Shown here one piece after another: positions 14,540-26,182 of a stretch of DNA of 64,000 bases. The notes beneath the pieces are model-generated. The model saw nothing but the letters and a program-made list of their open reading frames with translations, was not told where the DNA came from and made no database searches. The stretch lies in assembly GCF_009914755.1 (NCBI RefSeq), contig NC_060947.1; one strand, given 5' to 3'. Each line of letters begins with the position of its first letter. Within the stretch, counting starts at the first letter, position 1. The stretch comes from the human T2T-CHM13v2.0 reference genome, Homo sapiens. The position numbers and the translations under genes were made by a program.

Positions 14540-14690
14540 GTGATTGGTGGATTAGCATAGCAGTACCACCAGGGAGTTTGTTAGAAATGCAGAATCCTGG
14601 GCCCCACCCCATATCTACAGATCAGAACCTGCATTTTCACAAAATTCCAAGGTTTTTGCATGTAAATTAGCATTTAAGAATTTTTCTGCA
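14540..14690. mobile_element. MER5A-family hAT MITE
   Basis: TTGTTAGAAATGCAGAATCCTGGGCCCCACCCC...ATCAGAACCTGCATTTT core. Confidence 0.8.
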
Positions 14691-14770
14691 TCCCATAGTG
14701 ATCTCTCATTTATTTCAGATTTCCACAATAGTTATTGGCTACATAGGTTTTTGACATTATCAGAATGTTA

Positions 14771-15080
<310 letters not shown>

Positions 15081-15209
15081 TCATCTAATTAGTTTTTCAT
15101 GGGTGTCTTATCTACTTATGTAGAATAAAATCTTCTTGAAGGCAGCCACCAGATTCTATCCTTTTATAACCCAGATGGAACCTAACACTTTGTATCCCAT
15201 GCTGTGTTT

Positions 15210-15565
15210 TATTTTCTTTTATTTTTAGTTGACATGTAATAATTATACATATTTATGTATACAATGTGTAATGATTATTTAAATAATTGTATACAATGTG
15301 TAATGACCAAATCAGGGTAATTAGCATCCACATCACCTCAAGCATTTATTATTTCTTTGTGTTGGGAAAATTCAAAATCCTCTTTTTTAGCTTTTGGAAC
15401 ATACACAATAAATAATAGTTAACCATATTCACCCTACAGTGCTGCAGAACATCAGAACTCATTCCTCCTTTCTAGCTGTAATATGTGTCAATTAGCCAAT
15501 TTCTCCCTATCCTTCCCTCTCTCCTACCCTTTCCAACCTCTAATACTCACAATTGTACTCCTTTC
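15210..15565 (-). mobile_element. L1MA-type 3' end
   Basis: AAATCAGGGTAATTAGCAT...CATCACCTCAA...TCACCCTACAGTGCT motifs of the antisense L1MA 3' UTR. It splits an L2 3' end (15080-15200 / 15660-15710). Confidence 0.85.
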
Positions 15566-16009
15566 TTCTTGTGTTTTGATTCAATGTTTCAACTTTCCCT
15601 TAAGTCTAGTGGTTGACGTTTTCCTTTCAGATGAGAGGAGTGCAAATCATATTGCTCAGCTCAATACCTGACACATAGTGAGTAGCGAAATAAATAGTTG
15701 CTAAATGAATAAATTATCGAAATTTATTTTTGGCAAGAAGAACCTAGTCTTCAGTTTACATTCAGTGGTGCCTCTTCCCAGTCATGTTCTTGGGAGAACA
15801 GTCCATAATGAGAGTACTAAGGCAGTCATCAGCCTATAAGGCTTCTGGGGACATTTACTTGTATTCTAATTGGGCTATTAAAACATTACTAATCATGTTC
15901 CTAGAATAGCTTTTGAATCTTCAGGGTCATTAAGCCTAACGGCAATCTTTTGCCCTTCGCTGTAAGTCAGTATACTAAGATTTGTTTAGCTGCTAACTCG
16001 TCTCACTAA

Positions 16010-16260
16010 TATAGTGGTTAAAAACAGGGGCTGTGGCATCGGACTGCAAGGGTTTTCTTTCTGGACCTATCTTTCCTACCTATGTGACCTAAGGCATGTT
16101 ACTTTACTTCTTTGTGTCTCAGTTTCTGTGCCAAAATGGTAGAGATAATAGTATTTTTTACTTTATAGGGTTGATATAAAGATTAAATTAGCTAATATGC
16201 ATAAAGTGTTTAGGAGAGTGCTTGGCACATATTAAGTCCTAAAGAAATGGTAGCCTCTTT
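16010..16260 (+). mobile_element. MIR SINE
   Basis: ATAGTGGTTAA...TGTGACCTAAGGCATGTTACTT...GTCTCAGTTTC...TGGCACATA. Confidence 0.85.
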
Positions 16261-16391
16261 TATTTAAAAAACAAAGCAAAACATGGAGCCAGGAAATCTG
16301 TATTTCTGAAATGCCATTTTAGAGTTTCAATCACTTGTATGTAGGTAGTGTGGAATCACTTTAGATAGGTTCCTATTCTGTTATCTTTTTC

Positions 16392-16590
16392 TGACTCAGT
16401 ATTTAATTTGTGTTTCCTAGTGGAGATGGCTTCCAGCGCTGTAGAATTTCGATACCTGCTATAAGGATATGTGTTTCTATTCATGTTTCTATTGTCCGAT
16501 CCCTAGGTACAGGTACAATATTAAAACTGAGTGCTGACTCATCCCAGAAAAGACAGCAGACTCTCTCCCTGTTCAGGTACGACTGACTCA
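16392..16590. promoter_or_regulatory. Candidate AP-1/MARE enhancer motif cluster
   Basis: TGACTCA at 16392-16398 and 16584-16590, and TGCTGACTCAT at 16532-16542, in non-repeat DNA. Confidence 0.4.
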
Positions 16591-18397
16591 GTCAATTCAA
16601 TTCAAATGACCTTCCAATAAAGGACTGAGTAAGCAGATGGGAATTGGGTTATTTCCAGAATGCTTAAGACCTTGATCTTTGTCACACCACTAAGTGAAAC
16701 AAATGCCAAAGCTGAGATTCTCTTTAAATGATGTAAATGATACCAAGATAATTTCATAATAGTAAATAATGAGGCTTTATAATTGAGTGTAATATAAATG
16801 GTACATTGCCAAGCAGTGAACATATGCATTATAGCATTGCAGGTTAAATATTTTCTAAAATTCTGTTGGAGACTTATGAAAATCGTTTCTTTTCATCTAC
16901 AATAGAGCAATTTTTAGAATGCTGTTGATTGTGTAACTGTCTAAAAATGTAAAATTGTCGCATACTCAGTTAATCAAACAGTACAATTGATTCTTTATCA
17001 CATTATATTCAAAGCTGGAAACACTGGGTCTTCACACCCTTAAGCAGCCAGCCTTGGGGTTTTGCAGGCTTAGGGTGAGTTTAATTAAAGTTAAGGGAGA
17101 AACCCAATTAAACACTGAGAAGAGCTGGCGTCTTTGTTGCACTCTAAAGACAAAAATACCATTTAGAATAAGATGATGCTGTAATCTCAGTATAAATGCC
17201 ATTGTCTACTTCAGCAATTTTGATGGCCCAGGTGTTCTTGGCACTTTGAAGAGCAGCTAGCTTATGAGCTTTCAATTCATAACTACATTGAATAATTTCC
17301 ATCTGCTTTAAATCTTCTCTGATAGGAAGTACTTAGAAAGGAGACTGCATAAATATAAAAAGTGGCTGTGCTTTAAGTCCTAGAATACACTTATATTAAC
17401 GTGTGTGTCTCCAAAGAGCAATTAGAGTCAAATTCTATTTGAGTAGGTTTGGAAAGTAGAGGGTTAACATTTCCTATCATTGCTACATGTAAAAGTGATG
17501 TAAGTAAATGGATAAAGGGATTCAGCTTCATGCAATGAAGAAATTCATGTCATATTTACATTTCAGTAACTTGATGCAGTGCCATTACAGTTCTTCATCA
17601 CTATTGTGTAGTACCGCCCACTGGGAAAATGGTAGAGCAGAAAAATATGCTGCTCTACAGCTTGTCAATCAATCAAAAAACCATAGAAAGAAGCGACTAC
17701 AAGCATTATTGTAAATGCAGTCCTGGCAAGCTGTGAGGGATGGGAGAGACAAAGCAGTCAATGACAAACAAAAATTGAAAGCTGATAAAATGTGATGTAT
17801 TGGTATTTTTCTCACCTTCATCTCGCTTCCTTGCAAGTATTAATTGCAATGTAGAAGAAGAATATGGAGAGTGCATTACAGAAAGTCAGGGCTGTTGCTC
17901 TAATTGGTGACAAGCAAGTCAGCTATCTGGGTAATGTAGTACAACAGTGTGGTACTTTTGCACATTGGTGTGCTCCCTGATGGAGCCTTCAAGCTAGTAA
18001 GGTCGGTTGATTTCACCTATGAGAAGTCTTGTGAATGTTTCTTTAGCAGTATATAGCAGATATTTATGCAGACCACTTATGAAAAACACATACAAATTCC
18101 TTACCATCAAGCGCCGTTATTTTAGTAGCCTTTTGAATTCTCAGATTAATGTGTAATAAATCTTAGCAATGGAGAAAATGGTTCTATGGTTACTGTTTAG
18201 TACAAGAAGTTGCCCCATGTTTGGAAAATGTCAGCAAACCCCACTCATGATTATAACCAATCCTATAACATTGTGGTGATATTTTAAAGTGATCTTGCAA
18301 GTGACTGAATATCATAGCTCAATTATACGCAAGGGTAGCTGATAAAGTATTTAGAGTTTTTGAAAAAGAAGACATAATTATCAACAATTTCTGGGTT

Positions 18398-18580
18398 AGG
18401 CGATGTGGTATAGAAGAAAACATAGTAGTGGTGGCTCAGGAACTCTAGATTTTAGTCTATCTCCAAATTTATGGATGGATTGGAAAAGTTCCTCAATTCC
18501 CTGGACCTCAGTTTTCTATTGGTATAAATCAGAGCAATGGACAAAATAATTTCTAAACTCCCTTTCAGTTCTAAATATTC
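18398..18580 (+). mobile_element. MIR3-like SINE
   Basis: GGACCTCAGTTTTCT core and CCTTTCAGTTCTAAAT 3' end. Confidence 0.65.
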
Positions 18581-20151
18581 AGGAATTCTCTTAATCAAAG
18601 CCAGCTTATAATGAGACTGCAAGTTAAGTGTTAACAAAATGTCTGAAAAGTGATCATTAAATATACAGAGGGAGGCTAGAAATGGAACAATTAAAATGTG
18701 TTCTATCCTGTTTATATTGCAGTAGGAGAAATAAATTCTGAGTTTGTCATTATCCCACTATTTGTTTGTAAACACGATGCATCTTAATAGTTAGCCCAGT
18801 GACTCAGGAAGCACTGCCTGTCTAGTTTTCTACAAGTGACTACCACCCACATTTAATGTGTCACCAAGTCTCAGTGATCCTCCAGTTTCCTTGACTATTT
18901 TTCTGTTGTCTTTCCCACCCACATATATCAGTGACTGAATATTGAGTGAAATTTTTAATTATTATCAGCAAAATACATATGTATATGAATAAACTTGTTT
19001 TCAACTGCCAATTCTAAACCCAAGTATCTGGATTCAGGTTGGAGGAACGAGAGGAAGAGAAAGTATCAGTTGTCAGGAGCCAACAGAATCACTCAGTACC
19101 AACTAATGTACTAGACAAGAGTAGTAACTACAATAAACTAACACTGGCCCAGGCCTGGTGAATTGCAGATCTTAGTCACAACATTGCGAATACATAATGT
19201 TTGCATATGGCTTTCATGTGTATCGAGACAGTTAAGAAGAAATTTAGAACACAAACTCTACACTGCTTTCTGACAATACATACAAAACTTACATCCCATC
19301 ATAAATTGCTCAAATTCAGAGCTTAACGTAATACAAAACCTACATCTCCAGAATGCATTTGATTTTAATAATTTCCCAGCACAAAGAAAGGCAAACATAA
19401 AAATGAACATAATCAACTAGTCAGGAAAGAGATTTGCAGCTTCAAAGCATAGGGTGGCAGAAAGTACAAATGTTCTTTGCACATAGGTCTATGAGACCTG
19501 TGGTGCCATTCCAAGAGTAGGATACTTACTCTATGCTTGGCTTTATCATAAGGCCTCAATAAGTCATTTAGCTTTTCAATTCTTAGGTTTACAGACCTAG
19601 TTGGCTTATTCATTTTGAAGAAATTATTGTGTATCTTTGTTTAAAATTTACTATGTGGCACTGAGTTTTTATTTAAATCTTTGAAAGAAAAAAGCCTAAA
19701 AGTACGCAAGAGAGTTGGCACCTACAAAAGTATCTGGAAATGAGTCAGGTTGAAAATAAAATGCTGAGTTTGCTAGGTAACTGGATGAATTATCTCTAAT
19801 GTTTGATGCAAAATAAGCATTCAGAAGAAAGAGGATATAGAAAAGTTAATGGATTCAATTGCCTTCTCCCAAGATGCAAATGAGACTATCCATGGGAATT
19901 GCTCAGCACCTAGAGTCATGGAATAAGCTTTCCAAGATTTTCTTTTGTTCTCAATGTAAGAGAACAACAAAAGGACTTTCTATATTCTGATTAAGAAAGG
20001 AAAAGGGAAGAGCATATTGAAAAGAAACATTTGGTATAGAAAGCCAATTTCTTCTCCAAAAAAAAATGTGGTAAAGGATGAGGGTGGGAGAGGTGTAGTA
20101 GGAAGAGTGCCAACGTGCTGCTTCAAAACTAATTAGATATGCAAATGAACT

Positions 20152-20316
20152 TGATATGGTTTGGATTTGTGTCACTGCCCGAATCTCATGTCAAATTGGA
20201 GGAGGGGCCTGTGGGAGGTGATTGGATCATGGAGACGGGGTTCCCCCTTGCTGTTCTCAAGATAGTGATTGAGTTCTTATGAGATCTGATGGTTTAAAAG
20301 TGTGTGGCATGCCCCG

Positions 20317-20366
<50 letters not shown>

Positions 20367-20551
20367 GTTCTGCCACGGTAAAGATGTGCTTGCTTCCCCT
20401 TTTCCTTTTGGCATGATTGTAAATTTCCTGAGGCCTCCCAACCATGCTTCCTGTACAGCCTACAGAATTGTGAGTTAATGAAGCCTCTTTTCTTCATAAA
20501 TTACCCAGTATTAGGTAGTTCTTTATATCAGTATGAAAATGGGCTAACACA
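20152..20551 (+). mobile_element. MaLR solo LTR (MSTA/THE1D-like) with internal (CT)n expansion
   Basis: TGATATGGTTTGG...CTAACACA termini. 5-bp TSD GAACT (20147-20151 / 20552-20556). (CT)n at about 20318-20364. Confidence 0.92.
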
Positions 20552-22147
20552 GAACTCAATTAGGGTTCCCTGTATGATAAGCTGCAAAATAAATATAAAA
20601 TTTTGATGCTTCTATAAAATGAACAAAGAAGAATGAAGATATATACAAACTGAAGAACAGTGAAGTTTGTGCCTGGAATTATCATGTATAAGAGAAAGCT
20701 GCATTCGGGCTTAAAATACAGACTGTTTGAACTTTTCATCTCAATTCCTGTAACAGACATAGAAAAAACAACTCAAAGAAATTTTCCCACTGCCCCTAAA
20801 TATTAATGTATTGTAAAGATAGTGGCAGAAGCTGGCACCAAATCTTCTAGTCAAAATTCATTCATTCAACAGATATTTTGGGGGTATATGATACATACTA
20901 GATATTCTTCTAGGCACTTGAAATATGTCAGAAAGCAAAACAGACAATAATCCCTGTTCTGGGGTAGGAAGAAGGGAGAAGATAATAGACAATAAGTAAT
21001 ATGTAAGTTATATAGTATGTCAGAAGATGATAATACTGGGAAAAAGAAAAATAGAGTGCAATAAGAGCTATATATGCTGTGGCTGTTAATTGCAAATAGG
21101 GTGATTCGAGTAGGCGTCCTTGAAAAAGTGATATTTGATCAAAGACTTGAAGGGAATTGGGTAGCAAGAAGATGGTCACCTAATGAGAGCACTGCATTAT
21201 GAAGGCCATAATGTAGAAATATACCCGATAGATTTTATGAATAGCAGGAGATCAGTGCATCTGGAGAAGGGTGACTGAGGGAGACAGTGGCAGGTGGTAA
21301 GGATAGAGAGGTAAAGAGTGGCAAGTTTATATAAGACCTTGTAAGTCATAATAAGGACTTTGAATTTTATACTAAGCAAAATGGAGAGCCATTAGAGGGT
21401 TTTGGGCAGATGTCTGTTAAAAGATCACTTTGCTTCTGTATAAGAATAGACTGTAGTGGACAAAAGAGTAGAATCAGAGAAAGAGGTTAGGACAATATTT
21501 CAGTTACTCAGGTGAGAGGTGATGATGGCTTGGAACAGGGAAGCAAAAGGAGAGATAGCAAGAAGTTTTCAGATCTTGAATATATTGTAAAGATAGATCA
21601 GATGAGAGATTGGGTGTAAGCTGTGAGAGAAAAAAACAAGTCAGGGATAACTCCATGTTTCAGGGCCTAAGCCACTAGAAGAATGGAGTTTTCATTTTCT
21701 AAGAGAGAGAAGACTGAAAGGAGCAGATTTGCTGAGCAAGGTAGGAAGTTTCATTTTAGACATTATTATGTTTTGAAATGCCTATTAGGTTTCAAGTGGA
21801 GGTGTGAGTAGGCAGTTGTAGGGAAATCAACATAGAAGTCTGTACAGAAACCAGTACAGTAATCTGAAGAAAGGACTGACAAAAGTACAACTTTGGAAGT
21901 TAACAACATAGAGATGGCATTTAAATCCATGAGAACAGAGGAGTCCACCTAGGGAGTGAGTATAGATAGAGAAGGAAAAAGTAAAAACCAAGTTTCAGAG
22001 ACTCCAACATTAGGAGGCTAGGGAGAAGAGGAGGGATTAACAACAGATACTGAAGAGTACCCAGTCAGGTAGGAGGGAAATCAGGAAAGGGTGGTATCCT
22101 GAACACCAATCAAAGAAAATATATTGAGTGTACCAGATGATGTTGGT

Positions 22148-22407
22148 TAGGGCATCTCAGCCCTAGCATTATTAACACTTTGGGCTAGATAATTCTTTGT
22201 TTGGTGGTTAGGTGGAGGAGGTGCTGTCTTATGTATGGCATTGAAGGAGTTTTAGCAGCACCTCTGGACTCTACTTTCTTGATGCCAGTAGGGTTTGCCT
22301 CTCCAAGTAGGATTTGCCTCCCTGCCAATTTTTGTCAACCAAAAGTGTCTCCAGACATTGTTAAATGATATCTAGTGAGTAAAATCACCACAGTTTGAGA
22401 ACTGCTG
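22148..22407. mobile_element. MER20 hAT DNA transposon
   Basis: TTTGGGCTAGATAATTCTTTGT...CAACCAAAAGTGTCTCCAGACATTG...TTGAGAACTGCTG. Confidence 0.85.
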
Positions 22408-23203
22408 TGTTGTATTAAGTAAACTGAAGACTGGGAATTCAGTACTGAAATTAATGACATGGAAGTCATTGATGACCTTGAAACAGCAGTTTCAGTGGAG
22501 TAGCAGGGTTTAAGAGAATTGGAGGAGAGAAATTGGAAACAGTAGTGTATAAACAACTCTTCAAATAGTTTTACTGAAAAGGAGAGCAAATAAATGAACC
22601 ATTAATTAGCGGGGGAAATGAGGACTAAAATTTTTTGTTGCTGTTGTTTTAATGATGGGAGAAATAATGGCATGTGTGTTTACTGATGGAATAATCTAGG
22701 AGAGAGGAAACAATTAATGATGTAAAAGAGAACTGTTGGAAAGATGCCCTTGAGTAACAGAGATGGGATAGGATCTGCTACACAAAAGGAAGGATGAGCT
22801 TTAGATAGCAACATGGATATTTTATCTGAGGTAACAAGTAGGAAGATAAAGAATGTAGTTGTAGATATTGCTAGGTGGGTAGATATGGTTTTGGTGGGAT
22901 CTGTAGAAATTTTTTTTCTGATTGCTTCAACTTTCTCAAAGGTGAAGAAGCAAAAATATTAGCTCTCATGGTAATGAAGAATGAAGTTTGGGAGTTGAAG
23001 AGTAAGAGAAAAATGAAATACTCATCTAAGAGAATGGGACAATTAAATCATTTGCAAATTTTACTGTGATTTCCAGGTATTATTAAATGTATACTTTATA
23101 TTTATGGCCATGAATTTAAAGTGAGCTATTTAGTGTGATTGCGTATGTTTCTTTAGCCAAATTCAACTGCAAAAGTGCAGACACAGAATAAACAGAGAAT
23201 TGA

Positions 23204-23581
23204 GGTATTAGTCTGCTCAGACTGCCGTAACAAAATACCACAGACCAGTAACTTGAAACAGCAGAAATTTATTTTTTTCACAGTCCTGAAGGCTGGAAGA
23301 CTCAGATCAAGGTTTGGCAGGATTTGGTTTTTGTGAGGGCTCCCTTCCTGGCTTGTAGATATCCACTCTGTCCTCACATGGCCTTTCCTCCGAGTGAGAT
23401 CTGTCTCTCTCTCTCTCTTCCTCTTCTTATAAGGCCACCAGTTTTACTGAATTGGGGCCCTAACTTTATGACCTCATTTTAACCTTAATTAACTCTAAAG
23501 ACCCTATCTCCAAATACAGTCACATTGGGGTTGGGGCTTTAACATATGAATTTGGGAAGAAACACAATTCAGTCCATAGCA
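23204..23581 (-). mobile_element. MLT1B-like MaLR solo LTR
   Basis: GTATTAGTCTGCTCAG...ACACAATTCAGTCCATAGCA. TSD ATTGA/GTTGA. Confidence 0.87.
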
Positions 23582-23917
23582 GTTGAATATAGGTAGAGTT
23601 ATACTTTGCCAAAAGAGGATAAGGGTATGAGAGGGGACAGGGAATATTACCCTATATTATATGAAAGTCAATGATTATATTGACTGATCATGGATTTAAG
23701 ATAGATAAGGGGAGAGGAATTCAAGGGAGTGGGGAATAAAACAAATATAGATGGATCAACAGATTGGAAAGATTCAGTTCAAAGATTATTGAAGCCCTGG
23801 TATTTTAGGGCATGAGATTTGAAAAATAGAATATGATGGTTGCAAAAATAGGAAGGTGAAACTGAGATTTTGGAGGCGTGGCAGTCTTTGGCAATGACAA
23901 CTTTTGGGTTATCACCT

Positions 23918-24326
23918 TGCAGTGGATGCTATAATGTATTGCCCCAGACTTTCATTTGGGATGAGTGCCTTCATTTCCCTAGCTACTGGGAGTATTTTCT
24001 GCTGAAAGCGCAAATAACTGAGTCTCTTCCTGGGCGTTGTCCTCCACTGAAGGCAGCTACTTTGGCCAACTTTATGCCTCTACATCGAGGCAGCCCACAT
24101 CCAATGATTGGTCAGTTTAGAAGTCTGAGGGATCATCTCACTTCCGGAGATCCTTGTGGGATTAGAGGAGGCCTTTGTTGCTACTTCTTTGCAGTTGAAA
24201 TTATTTCTTTGCCCAATCGTGCTTCTTTCACTCCTTCATAAGTATTGTTTCAGAGAGCCCTCAATAAATTTTTGTATGCAAATATCCATTTTAGTTTGTG
24301 TTTCACAGAGAACCTGACCTAAAATA
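23918..24326 (+). mobile_element. ERVL 5' LTR, LTR16C-like
   Basis: TGCAGTGGATGCT start, GCAGCCCACATCCAATGATTGGTC, AATAAA, GAACCTGACCTAAAATA end. Followed by a PBS-like TGGTGCTAGGTGTG (about 24329). Confidence 0.8.
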
Positions 24327-26160
24327 TTTGGTGCTAGGTGTGCTCTGAGGAAGGGATCTTTAAAATGGAATATTGGAGTTGGATCACTCATCAGCTGTCT
24401 GGAAATGAGAACACTGTCACTGATGGTAGGTGGAATATGGACAACCTTCAGTATGTAATAGCAATGCAATTGTTAAAATTCTTAGGGTGGAAGGGAGCGC
24501 AATGGCAGTGGCTATATCTCAGGGGGTTGAGAGGTTCAGGACAAATAGTAATGATAAGTAATGATAAGGGAAATTGACAATGGCTGGCTATTGCTGAGTA
24601 TTTAGATGCACTGGAGAAACGATGAAAAGCTGAGGGTGATTAATCACCAATTTAAGGGGAAGTGTGAAAGTAAGAGGACCTTGGAAATATTTAAAAATAC
24701 TTTCACTTTCTGCGACCAGAGAATCAGGCCCAGGACTTAATTATAAGGGCAGTGCAGGTCCAGAGAAGGATTATGTTCCCACTTCTGTCAATTTTATTAC
24801 ACCAAGGAAAAGGCCCCGGTTGAGAAGGAGAGAAGGTCTGAAATGTGGAATAGGGATATTTGGTTGATACCCTTGAATTCTACAACCCATAAATGAACCT
24901 TGAAAACATTATACTAAGTGGAAGAAGCCAGACACACACAAAAACACATATAATATTGTCCAGTCTTTATTCACAGAAATAGGGAGGTAATAGCTAAAGG
25001 GTGTGAGTTTTTTTATAATTGATAAAGATATTCAAATTAGACTTTGGTGACAGTTGCACAAATCTGTGATTATGCATACTAAAAAATTGAGCTTTGCATT
25101 TTAAATGGGTAAATTGTGTGGTATGTGAATAATATCTTAATAAAGATGTTTTTAAAAATTTTGAATTCTCTGATTTTTCTGAATACTCTGGGCTGGCAGA
25201 TATAATCTACAATCTACTCCTCCCTGTTAAAGGCTACTACTATCATCTTGCTTGAAAATAATGCAGATGCCTCTCTTGCAAGAAAACCTGTGTCTCCTCA
25301 CATTTTATTCTCAGCTCCCCTCCTGGCCACTAAACCAATACTTAGAGCCATGTCACACATAACCTGGAGGGGAAAGTGTTTGATATGGTAAGGTAGGAAA
25401 AGTACTAGGCCAGAGAGATTAAGAACCGAGCCAATATGTACCAGCAGCATCTGAGACAGTATATATGAGACTGGATTCTGAAGGCGATGGATCAAATGGG
25501 ATTGGGGTAAGAAAACATATAGTTAAATAAGTGAGAATTTATCAATGTGGATGCACTCTTTTACATATTTTAAACACCCATACATATTTTAAACACCCTG
25601 GCAATGTCCCTAGATGATAGTGCTAATATGCTGCTAGGATGACACTTGGGAGTTTGAATGAAGTGATGGCCCAAAGTAAATGAAGTAGAAACTTCAGAAC
25701 TGCCATGGAAGACAGTGGAAGAAGGGATCAAAATGCTTAGTGAAATGGGCATGATAGAATGGATTTATTATGTGTGACCAGAAAATGTGCCAGTGTCTAT
25801 GTTCCTCCAGTAAAATCTGGAAGACAGTCCATTTACAAAAGTGATAAGGAATGTGTTGGTGAGACAGGTGCTATCATCATCGAGAAGTACAGAGGTGGCC
25901 ATCCTCTTGAGGCAAGGGCTGATGGTAAGAGATGTGACTACAGAACTCAGTCCCCTAAAAACAATAGGCGATTATGGGATCTTGAAATAATAGAGGCTAA
26001 GTTGTTGTGCTTAGTCATTAGAAGCAAAGTGAGCACAATTATAACAAGAGGAAGGGTTGGAGTGGTAGCCAGGGGACCTGATCCAGAGAGTTCTACAGAG
26101 ATGGTTAATGGAGCACTATGTTCCTAGAGGTGCGATAGATGGACAGACAAAAATAAGAGC
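24327..26160 (+). mobile_element. HERV16/ERVL internal leader and gag remnant
   Basis: Directly follows the LTR and degenerate tRNA-Leu-type PBS. ERVL-gag-like DNA (GAACTGCCATGG...GTGGAAGAAGGGATCAAA...CTTAG...GAATGGATTTATTATGTG). No intact ORF. Confidence 0.72.
24882..25160 (+). mobile_element. L1MB-type 3' end inserted in the ERVL internal region
   Basis: ATGAACCTTGAAAACATTAT...AAGAAGCCAGACAC...GGTATGTGAAT...AATAAAG. TSD TTGAATTCT (24873-24881 / 25161-25169). Confidence 0.85.
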
Positions 26161-26182
26161 AGCAGTTGATTCTCTTTGTCGT

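Larger units (their letters stand above)
20858..23915 (-). mobile_element. Long L2 (L2a-like) LINE segment interrupted by MER20 and MLT1B
   Basis: TTCATTCATTCAACA tail followed by purine-rich L2 antisense body (GGAGAGCCATTAGAGGGTTTTG, GTCATTGATGACCTTG...GCAGTTTCAGTGGAG). Confidence 0.85.

Noticed and set aside
19874-20146. Two ATGCAAAT octamers 265 bp apart
   Set aside because: The motif occurs several times elsewhere in this AT-rich window and has no adjacent SOX half-site. Not distinguishable from chance.
25759-26127. 122-aa ORF
   Set aside because: It lies inside the decayed ERVL gag remnant and appears frameshifted relative to Gag. No sign of domestication.
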